Assembly (NCBI GenBank): GCA_951406725.2
Contig: OX597820.1
Location: 72,230,001 to 72,294,000 of the forward strand
Source: Octopus vulgaris
Taxonomy: Eukaryota
DNA: 64,000 nt
Direction of reading: 5' to 3'
The stretch's first letter is position 1, and the number at the start of each line of letters is the position of its first letter. The notes beneath the pieces are model-generated. The model did no database searches. It worked only from the letters and a program-made list of their open reading frames with translations, and was not told the DNA's origin. Both the position numbers and the translations under genes were made by a program. Shown piece by piece: positions 1 through 12,829 of the stretch.

Positions 1-451
1 GGACAAGGCGGAAGAACTCCACCCTCCTGTGGCTCAAAGGAAAAAAAAGAAAAATGAGACATCACCGGCAGTTGGTGATACACTGCCGGCATGTCCCAAA
101 GCATCTTTGGTGGGCGTTGTGCCACCAAAGCTGGAGACTGTGCAGCCTCTCCGAGATATGGAGGAGGAATTTGTGGTCCTCTTCCATAAGGGAGGGACAT
201 TGGAGTGCTTTGTCGGCAAGCTTAAAACGAAGGGCCGAAGGGAGAGGATCCTGTCCTGCACGGAGGACCCTGACTGGCCTTCACAGGTTGCTGTGAAGGT
301 CATGAGGGAGAACAACCTGTTCAGGATAATGGACTCCTTCCCCAAGGATACATACAGATTTATGTTAAATTGGCCCGACTTGGAGCCGTGCTGGTGTTTT
401 TCTGAGGTGAGAAGTCTGGTCGGGCAAGAAGATTGTATTTTTGATATCTAA
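1..451 (+). mobile_element. 3' part of a GC-rich unspliced ORF running off the window edge; probably retroelement ORF1/gag-like
   Basis: About 50% GC against an AT-rich background, open to stop at 451, basic RKKKK patch; no recognisable domain inside the window. Confidence 0.35.
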
Positions 452-859
452 ATGGACTTGAGTAAGAGGTTCATTGCCTCAAAATGGTTTCGTATGTAGT
501 CAATGTAAGAGGTCTATTGCCTCCTTAATGTGTTTTTGTAAGAGGTTTATGACCTCAAAATGTTTTATAAAAGAACAATGTGCTCGGGTATACAGCAATT
601 GGCGGGCGTTGCTGTTACCCTCATTTTTAACCATTTAATTTGTCATTCATATCCTTATGTGTGTGTCCAGCCCGCAGCTTCATTTCTGTGTAAGGCCCTT
701 GTGGCCAATTGAATGAATAAAAGAAGCTTGCTTCCCAACCATATGGTTCAGCCCCACTACATGGCACCTTAGGCAAATGACTTTTACTATTGCCTTGGAT
801 TGACCAAAACCTTGTGAGTGGATTTGGTAAATGGGAATGGAAAAAAGCCTGCTGTCCAA

Positions 860-1100
860 AAGTCCCAGCTGTCTCATCTAGGATGAGGACCATGAACTGC
901 AATAGCTTGGGATTCAAGACCCACAGCTATTTAATTCATTGCCAAAAGATCTGAGGGACCTCCATGGAGTGGAAGTAGTTGTTTTCAAGAACAATATCCC
1001 AGATGAACCAATATCAAGGCAGGAAACTCAAAAGAGGACAGCAATATCAAACTCCCTCCTTCACCAAAAGCCAATCCCATAAAATTGGCCAATTAAAAGG
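860..1100 (+). mobile_element. Decayed CR1/L2-group LINE 3' fragment
   Basis: Translates to ..QLFNSLPKDLRDLHGVEVVVFKN.IPDEP, typical of a LINE RT C-terminal tail. Confidence 0.5.
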
Positions 1101-1155
1101 TGATTACATCGGCAGTGCTCCAGCATGGCTAAAACATATAAAAGAACAAAAATAC

Positions 1156-2406
1156 ATTATCATCATTCTCGTCATTTAACGTCCACTTTCCATGCTGGCA
1201 TGGGTTGGACAGGCTAACTAAGGGCTGGCAAGCCAGAAGGCTGCACCAGCCTCCAATCTGATCAAGCAAAGTTTCTACAGCTGGATGCCCTTCCAAAAGC
1301 CAACCACTCCAAGAGTGTAGTGGGTACTTTTTACATGCCACGAGCATGAGGGCCAGTCAGGTGGGACTGGCATCGACCATGTTTCACTGGTGCTTTTTAC
1401 ATGGTATCAGCATGGGAGCCAGTCAGGCAGCACTGACAATGATCACACTCGAATTGTACTTTTTACATGCCACTGGTATGGGACCAGTCAGCCAGCATTG
1501 GTATCGACCACATTTGAATGGTGCTTTTTATGTGCCACCGGCATGGTGCTAATCATGCGGTTCTGTCATTGGCCATGACTATGACTTCACTTGACTCAAC
1601 AGGTCTCTGCAAGCACAGTTTATTGCCCAATGATTGAAAGGTACTCTTAAACGGTTTGGTTATGCTGCACTGGCAAAGGCCATGGTTACAGCCTCGCTTG
1701 GCTTGCCAGGTCTTCTCAAGCACAGCATATCCCCAAAGGTCTCGATCACTCATCATCACCTCTGTGAGGCCCAATGTTTGAAGGTCGTGCTTCACTACTT
1801 CATCCCAGGTCTTCCTGGGTCAACCTCTTCCACAGGTTCCCTCTACTGCTAGGGTGTGACTCTTTTTCACACAGCTGTCCTCATCCATACACAACACATG
1901 ACCATACCAGCACAGTCATCTCTCTTGCATACCACATCTGACGCTTCTTATGTCCAACTTTTCTCTCAGGGTGCTTACACTCTGTCATGTATGCACACTG
2001 ACATTACACATCCAACAGAGCATACTCGCTTCATTCCTTGCAAGCTTATGCATGTCCTCAGCAGTTATGGCCCATGTTTCACTGCCATGTAGCATGGCTG
2101 TTCGCACACATGTGTCATACAGTCTACCTTTTACTCTGAGCAAGAGGCTCTCTGAACTTTGCCCAGACTATTCTTATTCTAGCAGCTACACTCTCGGAGC
2201 ATCCACCCCCCACTACTGACTTGGTCACCTAGGTAATGGAAGCTATCAACTACTATTTTTATCCCCTGGCATGTGACAGAAACTGTTTTCTGCATATTTT
2301 CAGTGTCTATTGCCCCTGAGTATTTACCACACACAAAAACCTAGTTAGCCTTCCTTTGATCTTGGTGCACCTCTTATGTGTCCATAGCTTACACCAGGTA
2401 CATCTT
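1156..2406 (-). mobile_element. 5'-truncated RTE-clade LINE (3' UTR type B)
   Basis: RT C-terminal remnants (KHDLQTLGLTEVM.SDRDLW.YAV), CKLWTHKRC remnant at the truncation point, hairpin-repeat 3' UTR, GAT-type tail. Confidence 0.88.
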
Positions 2407-2417
2407 CTGGAGTTTAA

Positions 2418-3229
2418 GTACCTTGAGAGAAAAGTTGGGCCTAAGAAGCATCAGTTGTGGTGTGCAAGAGAGACGTTTGCGCTGGTATGGCCATGTGGTG
2501 TGAATGGATGAAGATAGTTGTGTGAAAAAGTGCCACACCCTAGCGGTTGAGGGAACCTGTGGAAGAGGTAGACCCAGGAAAGCCTGGGATGAGGTGGTGA
2601 AGCACGAGCTTTCAACTTTAGGTCTCACTGAGGAAATGACTAGAGACCGAGACCTTTGGAAGTATGCTGTTCTTGAGAAGACCCGGCAGGACAAGTGAGT
2701 CCATAACCCATGGCCTCTACCTGGGATGTAGCCAGTTCACTTATGCATACCTTTCCTTCTTGGGACACAAAACTCAACTTGCGAAGACCTGTTGAGGCAA
2801 GTGAAAATCAAAATCAAAATCGATCAACATCAATGGAAATTGTAGCTGTGATACCAGTGCCGGTGGCACGTAAGAGAATCATCTGAACGTGGCCGTTGCC
2901 AGCGCCGCCGCGACTGGCCTCCATGCCAGTGGCACGTAAAAAGCACCATCCGTGGCCGTTGCTAGCTTTGCCTGGCCTCTGTGCCGGTGGCACATAAAAA
3001 GCACCATCCGATCATGGCCGTTTGCCAGGCTCATTTGGCACCTGTGCTGGTGGCACGTAAAAAGCACCCACTACACTCTCGGAGTGGTTGGCGTTAGGAA
3101 GGGCATCCAGCCGTAGAAACACTGCCAAATCAGACTGGGCCTGGTGCAGCCTTCTGGCTTCCCAGACCCCAGTTGAACCGTCCAACCCATGCTAGCATGG
3201 AAAGCGGACGCTAAACGATGATGATGATG
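2418..3229 (+). mobile_element. 5'-truncated RTE-clade LINE (3' UTR type A)
   Basis: RRLRWYGHV..MDEDSCVKKC..EGTCGRGRPRKAW..DRDLWKYAV; (GAT)n tail at 3217-3229. Confidence 0.9.
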
Positions 3230-3614
3230 ATATAAATATATATAGGAATAATGGAGACAAATGCACAAGATGTTATTTAAATCATTTATGTCACCAATGT
3301 ATGTTCCGATTAATGCATTAAAATAAATCCGAGAGGAATAATAATAATAATAATATCTCAATGCATCAATTGAAACATATGTCAGTGATATGGTGATACA
3401 AATTATTTAAATAACATCTTGTGCGTTTGTCTCCATTTTCCATCATTCTTATATTCTCCAAAACATGTCTCACTTCTCAGAATTATCAACCACGCAAGTC
3501 TGATTACAAATTTCTTGTGTGACATTTGGTTACCATGTAACTGTTCCTCTTGATCTTTCCTTGTAAATTGTACAAGATATATATATAAATAAATATATAT
3601 ATACATATACACAC

Positions 3615-3757
3615 ACGGTAGAACCTTGGTTTTCAAACGACTCTGATCACAAATAAATCGTGCTTTATATATATATATATATTTACACACACACACACAT
3701 ATATATATATAAAGCACAATTTATTCACGATCAGAGTTGTTCAAAAACTGAGTCACT
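3615..3757. mobile_element. Small inverted-repeat element (MITE-like) with TA/CA microsatellite in its centre
   Basis: ttttcaaacgactctgatcacaaataaatcgtgct is mirrored by agcacaatttattcacgatcagagttgttcaaaaa. Confidence 0.6.
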
Positions 3758-3771
3758 AATGTATATATATA

Positions 3772-5008
3772 GAGTGGTTGGACAAAATAATGGTAACACC
3801 TTAAAATTTCAAACAAATTTATTTTAATATGGAGTAGAACCGCCTTTGGTAGTAATTACAGCTTGAATTCCACGAGGTATGGACTCGTACAAACTTTGAA
3901 TTGTTTCCAAATGGATTTTTGTCCATTCTTCAGCCAAAACAGTCTCCAGTTCTTGTAGTGATGATGGTCGAGGATATCGACTCCTTACTTGTTTTTCTGA
4001 AATGCACCATAAATGTTCAATAATATTGAGATCTGGGGACTGTGGTGGCCAGATAAGATGTTCAACTTCACTAGAATGTTCCTCATGCCATTCAGTAACA
4101 ACCTTAGCTGTGTGAATTAGTGCATTATCATCCAGAAACTGTTCTGCAACCATAGGATTAATTTAATCAGATAAAATGCTTAAATAGTCTTGACTATTAA
4201 TTCTGCCATGAGGGGAAACCATTGGGCTGGCGGATTTCCAAGATATAGCCCCCCAGATCATCATAGATCCTCCTCTATGCTTAACAGTTGGAAGAAGACA
4301 GTCTGGCTCAAATGCTTCTTTTTGTTGTCTTCACTTTCATACTCAGCTAGTAAAGAATGACTCATTCAAGAAAATAACATTTTCCCACTGCTCTAGGGAC
4401 CAATTCTGTTGGTTTTTACTCCACTCTAAATGCTTTGCAACATTTGTTTTTGAATATAGTGGTTTTCTGATTGCAGCCCTCCTGTGAAATCTGGCTTTGT
4501 GCACCTCCCAGCAAACAGTTTTTGTGGAAATTGGGTTCACGAGGTGGGCATTAAGCTCTGCAGTAATTTTGGGAGCTGTACTTTTGTGATCCTTTCTAAC
4601 AATTTGCTTAAGAGTCCGATGGTCCCTATCTGGAAGTTTTGGTTTTCTTCCGGAGTTTTGTTTTGATGAGGAGGTTTTTCCTTCTTTCTCAAAGGCTGTC
4701 ATTGCTTTTGAGACAGTACTTCTTGATACACTAAATATTTCAACTGTTTTCATTACACTAGTGCTTGCCATATGAGCACCAACAATTTGACCTCTATGAA
4801 AGTCTTAGATCTGTCATTTTAATGAATTTTAATTACCTTTTTCTGAATATATCTGAATAGAAACAGCAATTTTAGCAAATCATTTTAAGCAACACTAATA
4901 ATAAATTAAAAAAAACATAAAAATAAACAAGCTTTTGACAGTTTTATAGAGATTTCAAAATTATGATGCTATGATACCAGGTATTTCCATTATTTTGCCC
5001 AACCCTTG
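3772..5008 (-). mobile_element. Tc1/mariner-superfamily DNA transposon with disrupted transposase (ORF pieces 4343-4771 and 3824-4153)
   Basis: ~29-bp imperfect TIRs (ggttggacaaaataatggtaacacc / ggtatttccattattttgcccaacc) in TA context; GRKPKL HTH linker, WENVIFLNES, DDNA..H, WPPQSPDLNIIEHLW, GGSTPY end. Confidence 0.93.
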
Positions 5009-5066
5009 TGTATATGTATAAATATATATGTATGTATGTATGTATGTGTGTATATATATATATATA

Positions 5067-5444
5067 CACTACCGTCAGAAATTAATTAGCACCCTTGATT
5101 TTCTCTTCACTCAAGGTATGTGCTGTCACCTAGTGGCCATATCTCGAACTATTGCTCTGTTGCGAGTTCACTGTTGCGCAGAACGATGACGTAACTTTGT
5201 TTGCAGAGCAGTTTGAGAGTCTACAGCCTTATGATGTTGACATAGCAGTGCAACAACTTGGAGTGCGGATGCAGACAAATCTTCCTTTGTTTAATAGATA
5301 TAGGTAGCACCTCGCAAGGACCGAAATCACACCATACTAAGTTTTCTCATCGCGTAAGACGTTTTGAACAGCTCATAAGGTTAATTGATTTAACCTATTT
5401 AATGTAGAAATTTGAGAAGTGCTAATTAATTTCTGACGCAAGTG
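5067..5444. mobile_element. Non-autonomous Tc1/mariner-type MITE
   Basis: TIR cactaccgtcagaaattaattagcac / gtgctaattaatttctgacgcaagtg, flanked by TA. Confidence 0.85.
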
Positions 5445-6699
5445 TATATATATATATATATATAGGCATAACTACAGTTTAGTGCTCCAGTAGTCACTCA
5501 AATTTGACCACATTTTTCTTCTATAAATTTTTTTTTTATTGCATCAATTTTTGATATACTTTTCTCTGTTAGATTCCTCTTATTTAGATCTTATAAGAAA
5601 TCATAATTATACTACTCTTTTTTTCTAAGATATTACAGGTACAATATCTTGAAGATTATTTTAGGCCTTCCTTCTGTTCTGATCTGACATCTTTTTTATC
5701 TTATAAGTTTTTGTTTTTTTCTACAACACCAAGCTTGATGGAGTTTACAGAATAATATTCTTCTCATTCAGATCTCTTAAGAAAATGTAACTAAACAGAT
5801 AATAAAGAAATAAGGAAACTTTGCTGATGGGAAGTTGCATTTATGCATCACTCTCATATTTCCTGAATACAAATAACTTTATTGGAACATTTGTAACCTA
5901 ATTTTCCATTTTAATATCACAAAATGTAGTGAAGTGCTGGTCCTTTTCAAAGAACATAATTATATTTGATTTGATCAAGAATTTGATTAGCTAAGGGGCA
6001 TAAAAATGATCGTGAAGCACTAAATGTTGACCTTAATATTATTCATTTTCTGCTCTAATCACCTGTCACACTCTTTTCACTCAAATGTCCATACTTACCC
6101 ACTCACCTTTTCTTTCCTCTCTGTTCTCTCACATCTCTCTCTCTCTCTCCCTCTTCAAATGGGGAAGCCATGCATTCACTTATTCAGCAAGACATCTGTT
6201 CTTGTCCCTCAATAATCCTCACTACTATACCCTCTATACCCTACGCAGTAGAAAGGTTTTTCTCTTGGAAGTATTTGGTAACCTCACCAATGCTGGTGCC
6301 ACATAAAAAAGCACCCAGTACACTCTATAAAGTGGTTGGTATTAGGAAGGGCATCCAGCCATAGACACCATACCAAAGCAGGCATTAAAGCTCAGCACAA
6401 TCCTCTGGATCTTCCATGTTGAACCATCTGACCCATGCCGACATGGAAAAATGAACGTTAAACGGTGGTGATGATGATGCTGTGTGTCAATGATAAGGCA
6501 GCCAATTGGCAAAGTCGTTAGAGCATTAGATTGCTTTCAGACAACCATTCTGGTTCCCTGCCCTCTTAGTTCCAATCTTTCAAAGGTCAACTTTGCCTTT
6601 CGTTCAGTTTTTGGTTAAAATTAAAATATCATTTGAATGCTGGTCTTCAATTCTTCACCTTTCTAAACTTTTTCCTTCTGCCTGTCTTTTTCTTTGCCT

Positions 6700-7598
6700 C
6701 TGAAAGAAATTGACTCTGGTCAAACCTAGAGAAGAAAGGGGTTCACCTGGTCATTCTAAGACAAGGCATATGTCATGACTTGCACTGGACAAAGCACATC
6801 TCTAAAATTGTCAAGAAGGCCGAGGGTGTCTTGGCATTACTCAGCAAGACCTTTGTCAGCCACTCTTCAGCTTTCTATTTAAGGCTGTATATGGCTGTGG
6901 TGTGACCACACTTGGAATTTGCATCACCAGTCTGGAACCCCTATCTTGATCAGAACATTGACCTCCTGGAAACTGTTCAGACGTGCAACGAAGCAAATAC
7001 CCTCAATCAGGCATCTACCATTCACTGAATGCCTTGCTTCACTTCATATATACTGAATCTCTGACTTGGTAAACACCCACAACTGGCAACTGACTTGGTA
7101 AACACCCACAAAATTATTAACCGGCGTGCTAACAACAACCTTGAGAACCGTTTTTGAATTCTATGGTGTGAGGGTGATTGCTATGTCATTGAGCTAGACC
7201 TGGCCACTTCCATTAATGGGGACAAAACCTGGATTTGAAACACTGGATGCTGATGATGTGTCTAACACATGGGGCCATGCCAACAAAGTCAGAAAACAGC
7301 ACTGCTCCCATGACTTTCGGAAACATTTTTCCACACTCAGAGTTGTTGAGGCATGGAACAAACTACCTGCATCAGTTGCTAGCTGCTGAGACATTGCATC
7401 CTTTAGAACCTCCATTCTTCCTGAAATTTGTCAACACCACACCTGATATTCCCCCTCAATATGCATGCACGCATATATATCATGACTCATACACTGTTCA
7501 CTTTCCTGACTTTTGTACATAATTCTAAGTACTGTACATGCACCTTTGATGATTTGCAGTGCACCTGAGCACTATACACAACAATTTCATTATTATTA
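6700..7598 (+). mobile_element. Decayed CR1-clade LINE 3' portion
   Basis: LYMAVV*PHLEFASPVWNPYLDQNIDLLETVQ and FSTLRVVEAWNKLPASV; (ATT)n tail; the same 3' end recurs at 25419-25660. Confidence 0.85.
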
Positions 7599-7934
7599 TA
7601 ACACCTCTATAATTCCATCAAGTGGTTAAAGGCTCATGGTATAACAGGGCATATATATATATATATATATATATAGACATATTCATTTACAAATACACAT
7701 GTATGTGTGTGTATTGGTGCTGGTGCCATGTAAAAAGCACTCAGCCCACTCTGTAAGGTGGTTGGTGTTAGGAAAGGCATCCAACCATAAAAGCCCTACC
7801 AAAACAGACAGTGAAGCCTGGAGCATTCTTCTGCCAAGCCAACCCCTGTCAAACAATCCAACCCATGCCAGAATGGAAAACATGCTGAATGATGCTGATA
7901 TATATATAAAAATATTTATATATACATACAAAGT

Positions 7935-8348
7935 ACCTTGGATCATAGGGCGATCTGCTGTGCTTGAGGAGACCTATTGAGTAAAGTACATAACATCAAA
8001 ATGAAAATCAAAGCGAAATTGTAGTTATGATACCCGTGCCGGTGGCACACAAAAAGCACCATACAAACATAGCCGATGCCAGTGCCGCTTTGACTGGCTT
8101 ATGTGCCTTTGGCACGCAAAAAGCACAAACCGATTGTGGCCGTTGCCAGCCTTTTGGCCCCTATGCCAGTGGCATGTAAAAATACACCCACTACACTCAT
8201 GGAATGGTTGGTGTTGGGAAGGGCATCCAGTTGTAGAAACACTGCCAGATCAGACTGGAGCCTGGTGCAGCCTCCTTGCTTCCCAGACCCCAGTCAAACC
8301 GTCTAACCCATGCTAGCATGGAAAACGGTCGTTAAATGATAATGATGA
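7935..8348 (+). mobile_element. RTE-LINE 3' UTR-derived repeat
   Basis: gtgccggtggcac..aaaaagcacc units, gaagggcatccag, ccatgctagcatgg, (GAT)n. Confidence 0.8.
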
Positions 8349-8884
8349 CTCACATATATACAGCCATATCTGCATACACACAAACTACATTGTGTGTGTG
8401 TGTGTGGATTACTGATTTTTGCATAAGAGTTTTACTTTAGGGGGTTTTAAATTTTTCTTGTATCTTGGGTGGGTTGTTTCCCAAACTCTTCTTTTGTTAA
8501 GTTTAGTTGTTTCTTTTATTTTATCATTTTTTTTTTCTTATTCTCATTTCAGAAACTAATTAAATTTTAATTTTCATTTAATTCTTTACATCAAAATTTT
8601 AATTCATTTAAATTAAGCATTCATATCGTCATTGTGTGTGTGTGTGTGTGTGCGTATGCAAATGTTTCTTTCCCACATTTCAACATATCAGAACATGTGA
8701 ATACCAATATAGGCAACATCATCAATGATTTTATTTTGAGGTTAAGTTCTCTTTGAAGTTAGGAATAGTTCGGCTTAGAATAGGTTTATACAGGATGAAA
8801 TAAAATGGATGAGCAAAAAGAGTTTTATTTTATTTTTTAAGACTGAGCTGTGGAAAATTGAAGGCAATTTTCCAGTGAGAAAAT

Positions 8885-8887
<3 letters not shown>

Positions 8888-8932
<45 letters not shown>

Positions 8933-9064
8933 CATACATACACACAAATGTATGTGTGTGTATATATATATATACACACACACATGTATGTATATATATA
9001 TATATACACATACACACACGTATGTATGTATATATACATATATATATATACACACATATGTATG

Positions 9065-9095
<31 letters not shown>

Positions 9096-9561
9096 GTATG
9101 TATATATACATATATATACATACACTAACACATGTATGTATGTGTGTATATATATATAATATATATACACATACACACATGTATAATATATTTATATAAT
9201 ATATATATAATAAAACAAACACAAATATATAAATATATAAATAATACATACACACACATATGTATGTATATATTATATATATACACACACATGTATGTGT
9301 ATATATATATACACACACATGTATGTATGTATATATATATACACATGTATGTGTATATATATATACACACACATGTATGTATGTATATATATATATACAC
9401 ACACACACTATATATATATATATATATATACATACATACATACACACACATGCATATATATATATATATATACATACACACATACACATATACACACACA
9501 TGCATATACACACACTTACACACAAACATATCTACATACACATACATGCATAGATACATAT
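8888..9561. repeat. Compound (TA)/(CA)/(TG) microsatellite
   Basis: Directly visible; source of spurious YI/HT/CV ORFs. Confidence 0.95.
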
Positions 9562-10050
9562 AGGTGCAGGCATGGCTGTGTGGTAAGAAGTTTGCTTTCC
9601 AAATCCTTGGTTTCAACTTCAGTTCCACTGTGTGCTACCTTGGGCAAGTGTCTTCTACTGTAGTCACAGGCAGACCAAAGCCTTGTGAGTGAATTTAGAA
9701 GACAAAAACTGAAGGAAGCCCATTGTATGTGTGCGTGGATGTGTGTATGCTACTGTCTCCTTACCGTTACAATTGTGTCACAATGTAAAGCTAATAAAAG
9801 TTAGGTACACACATACACACACACACCATTACGTCACTAGATAATTGTAAAGGCATGTCCCCATCATGCAAGCAGTATCCTTTGTTTCCATAAAGACAAT
9901 TTATTTTATTATATTTTTTTCGGAATGTTTTATTGTAAAGAGTGCTCAATTTGAGCATTTGTTACGATTGATTTCAATAATGTATTTTTGAAATCAGTAA
10001 GAGTGTATTCTTTTAAAAAACCACGGTGGTGCGCAACTTCTGGGACACCC

Positions 10051-11583
10051 TGTCGTCATCATCATCATCATCATCATTTAATGTCCACTTTCCATGCTAG
10101 CATGGGTTGGACGGCTCAACTGGGGTCTGGGAAGCCAGAAGGCTGCACCAGGCCCAGTCTGATCTGGCAGTGTTTCTACAACTGGATGCCCTTCCTGACG
10201 CCAACCACTCCATGAGTGTAGTGGGTGCTTTTTACGTGCCAGACGAGGCTGGTACGATCGGATGGTACTTTTTACGTGCTACCGGCACGGAGGCCAGATG
10301 GGGCTGGCAATGGCCACAGTCGGATGGTGCTTTTTACATGTCACCGGCACAGGCCAGTCGGGGCGGCGCTGGCAAACGGCCATGTTCGGATGGTTCTCTT
10401 ACATGCCACCGGCACTGGTATCACAGCTGCAATTTCCATTGATGTTGATCGATTTCGATTTTCACTTGCCTCAACAGGTCTTCACAAGTAGTGTTTTGTG
10501 TCCCAAGAAGGAAAGGTATGCATAGGTGGACTGGCTACATCCCAGGTAGAGGCCATGGGTTATGGTCTCACTTGTCCTGCCGGGTCTTCTCACGCACAGC
10601 ATACTTCCAATGGTCTTGGTCTCTAGTCATTTCCTAGGTGAGACCTAAAGTTCGAAGGTCGTTCTTCACCACCTCGTCCCAGCCTTTCCTGGGTCTACCT
10701 CTTCCACAGGTTCCCTCAACTGCTAGGGTGTGGCACATTTTCACACAACTATCTTCATCCATTCTCGCCACATGACCATACAAGCACAAACGTCTCTCTT
10801 GCACACCACAACTGATGCTTCTTAGGTCCAACATTTCTCTCAAGTATGAACTCTGTCAAGTATGAACACTGACATTACACATCCATCGGAGCATACTGGC
10901 TTCATTTCTTGCAAGCTTACGCATATCCTCAGCAGTCATGACCCATGTTTCACTGCCATGTGGCATGGCTGTTCGTACACATGCATCATACAGTCTGCCT
11001 TTTACTCTGAGCGAGAGGCTTTTAGTCACCAGCAGAGGTAAGAGCTCTCTGAACTTTGCCCAGGCTATTCTTACTCTAGCAGTTACACTTTCAGCACACC
11101 TGCCCCCGCTACTGACTTGGTCACCTAGGTAACGGAAGCTATCAACTATTTCTAGTTTTTTACCCTAGAATGTGGCAGAAGTTGGTCTCTGCGCATTTTC
11201 AGTGTTTATTGCTCCTGAGCATCTGCCACATACAAAAACTATCTTTCTAGTTAGCCTTCCTTTGACATTGCTGCACCTCTTATGTGTCCATAGCTTACAC
11301 TTGGTGCATCTTATAGAGTTTCTACCTATGCCTTTTCTACAGATCGAGCAGGGCCATCTACCTGAAGGCGTTTGTGATTTGTCTACCTTCCTACTTATTA
11401 GGATTTTGATTTTAGCTAGGTTGACTCTAAGGCCCTTCGATTCTAATCCTTGCTTCCACACCTGAAACTTCTCCTCCAGTTCTGATAGTGACTCAGCAAT
11501 TAGAGCAAGGTCATCAGCATAGAGGAGCTCCCAGGGGCATCCTGTCTTGAATTCCTCCGTTATTGCCTGGAGGACTATGATAA
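10051..11583 (-). mobile_element. 5'-truncated RTE LINE (type A) with RT motifs 5-7 and an embedded PHD-type finger
   Basis: LLYADDL (YADD 11521-11510), GLRVNLAK, CSIC..CTKC.WTHKRC..CGRC, stop at 11167-11165, LEIVDSFRYLG, C-terminal RGRP motif and (GAT)n tail. Confidence 0.93.
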
Positions 11584-11636
11584 ATATATATATATATGGT
11601 TTCTCTATTAGATTATGAGACTGACATGCTGCCTAA

Positions 11637-12319
11637 TGCACTACTATGTGTTGTGTATGGATAAGGACAGCTGTGTGAAAAAGTGTCACATCCTGGCAGT
11701 AGGGAGAACCTGTGGAAGAGGTAGACCCAGGAAGACCTGGGATGATGTGGTGAAGCACAACCTTTGAACGTTGGGCCTCACAGAGGTGATGACAAGTGAC
11801 CAAGACCTATGGAGATATGCTGTGCTTGAAAAGACCCAGCAAACCAAGTGAGACCGTAACTGTGGCCTATACCAGTGCAGCATAACCGGCCCATTTAAGA
11901 GTACCCTTCAATCATTGGGCAATAAACTGCACTTGTGAGGACCTGTTGAGTCAAGTGAAGCCATTGTTGTGGCCGATGACATTACTGCCTGATAGGCACC
12001 CATGCCTGAGGCATGTAAAAAGCTCCATTTGAGTGTAGTCATTGCCAGTACCGCCTGACTGGCTCCCGTGCTGGTGGCATGTAAAAAGCACCATTCAAGT
12101 GTGGTCAATGCCACTACCACCTGACTGGCCCTTGTGCTAGTGGCACGTAAGAAGATCCCACTACATTCTTGGTGTGGTTGGCATTAGGAAGGGCATCCAG
12201 TTATAGAAATATCGCCAGATCAGATTGGAGCCTGGTTCAGTCTTCTGGCTTGCCAGCCCTCAGTTAAACTATCCAACCCATGCCACAATGGGAAATAGAT
12301 GTTGAATGATGATGATGAT
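11637..12319 (+). mobile_element. 5'-truncated RTE LINE (type B)
   Basis: GRGRPRKTWDDVVKH.L, UTR shared with the 1156-2406 copy, (GAT)n tail. Confidence 0.88.
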
Positions 12320-12624
12320 ATATGTCTGTGTGTGTTTTGTGGGGAAAAAAACTTTTTTACAATCCAGTCCACATAAATACATGCAAATACATACCGTGGA
12401 TGTTTGATTAAAATATTTTTTAAAAGTACTTTTCATATTTTCTGTGGATATTTGAAATCTTTAAAGCTTTCTTTACAGAATATTTACATTTACAATTTGG
12501 CTTCTTTGCTACACTTATGATATCATTATATGTTTAGCAAGCAGCTGAGCAAGGGAAATTAGTTGAGTGATGCTAGCGAATTGAAATGGCCGTCCATTAT
12601 ATTCCAACAGAGCAGTTATTGGAA

Positions 12625-12792
12625 CATGTATGTATGCACATATTTACATAAATACATATACATGCACATATATACATACATATGCATATTATATATATAC
12701 ATACATAAATACAAATATATGTACATACATGTATATATATATAGATATAGATAGATAGATAGATACATAAATGCATACATAAGTACACATAA

Positions 12793-12829
<37 letters not shown>

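Noticed and set aside
2855-3070. CRISPR-like array (palindromic ~25-bp repeat with ~35-bp spacers; also ~10220-10420, 55120-55280, 60865-61065)
   Set aside because: Spacers are homologous to each other, the array is the 3' UTR of an RTE LINE, there are no cas genes, and the context is eukaryotic
9988-10215. Recurring HHHHH-LASAFHASMGWT ORFs suggesting a peptide gene family (also 3071, 53755, 61071)
   Set aside because: Antisense reading of the RTE (GAT)n tail and 3' UTR
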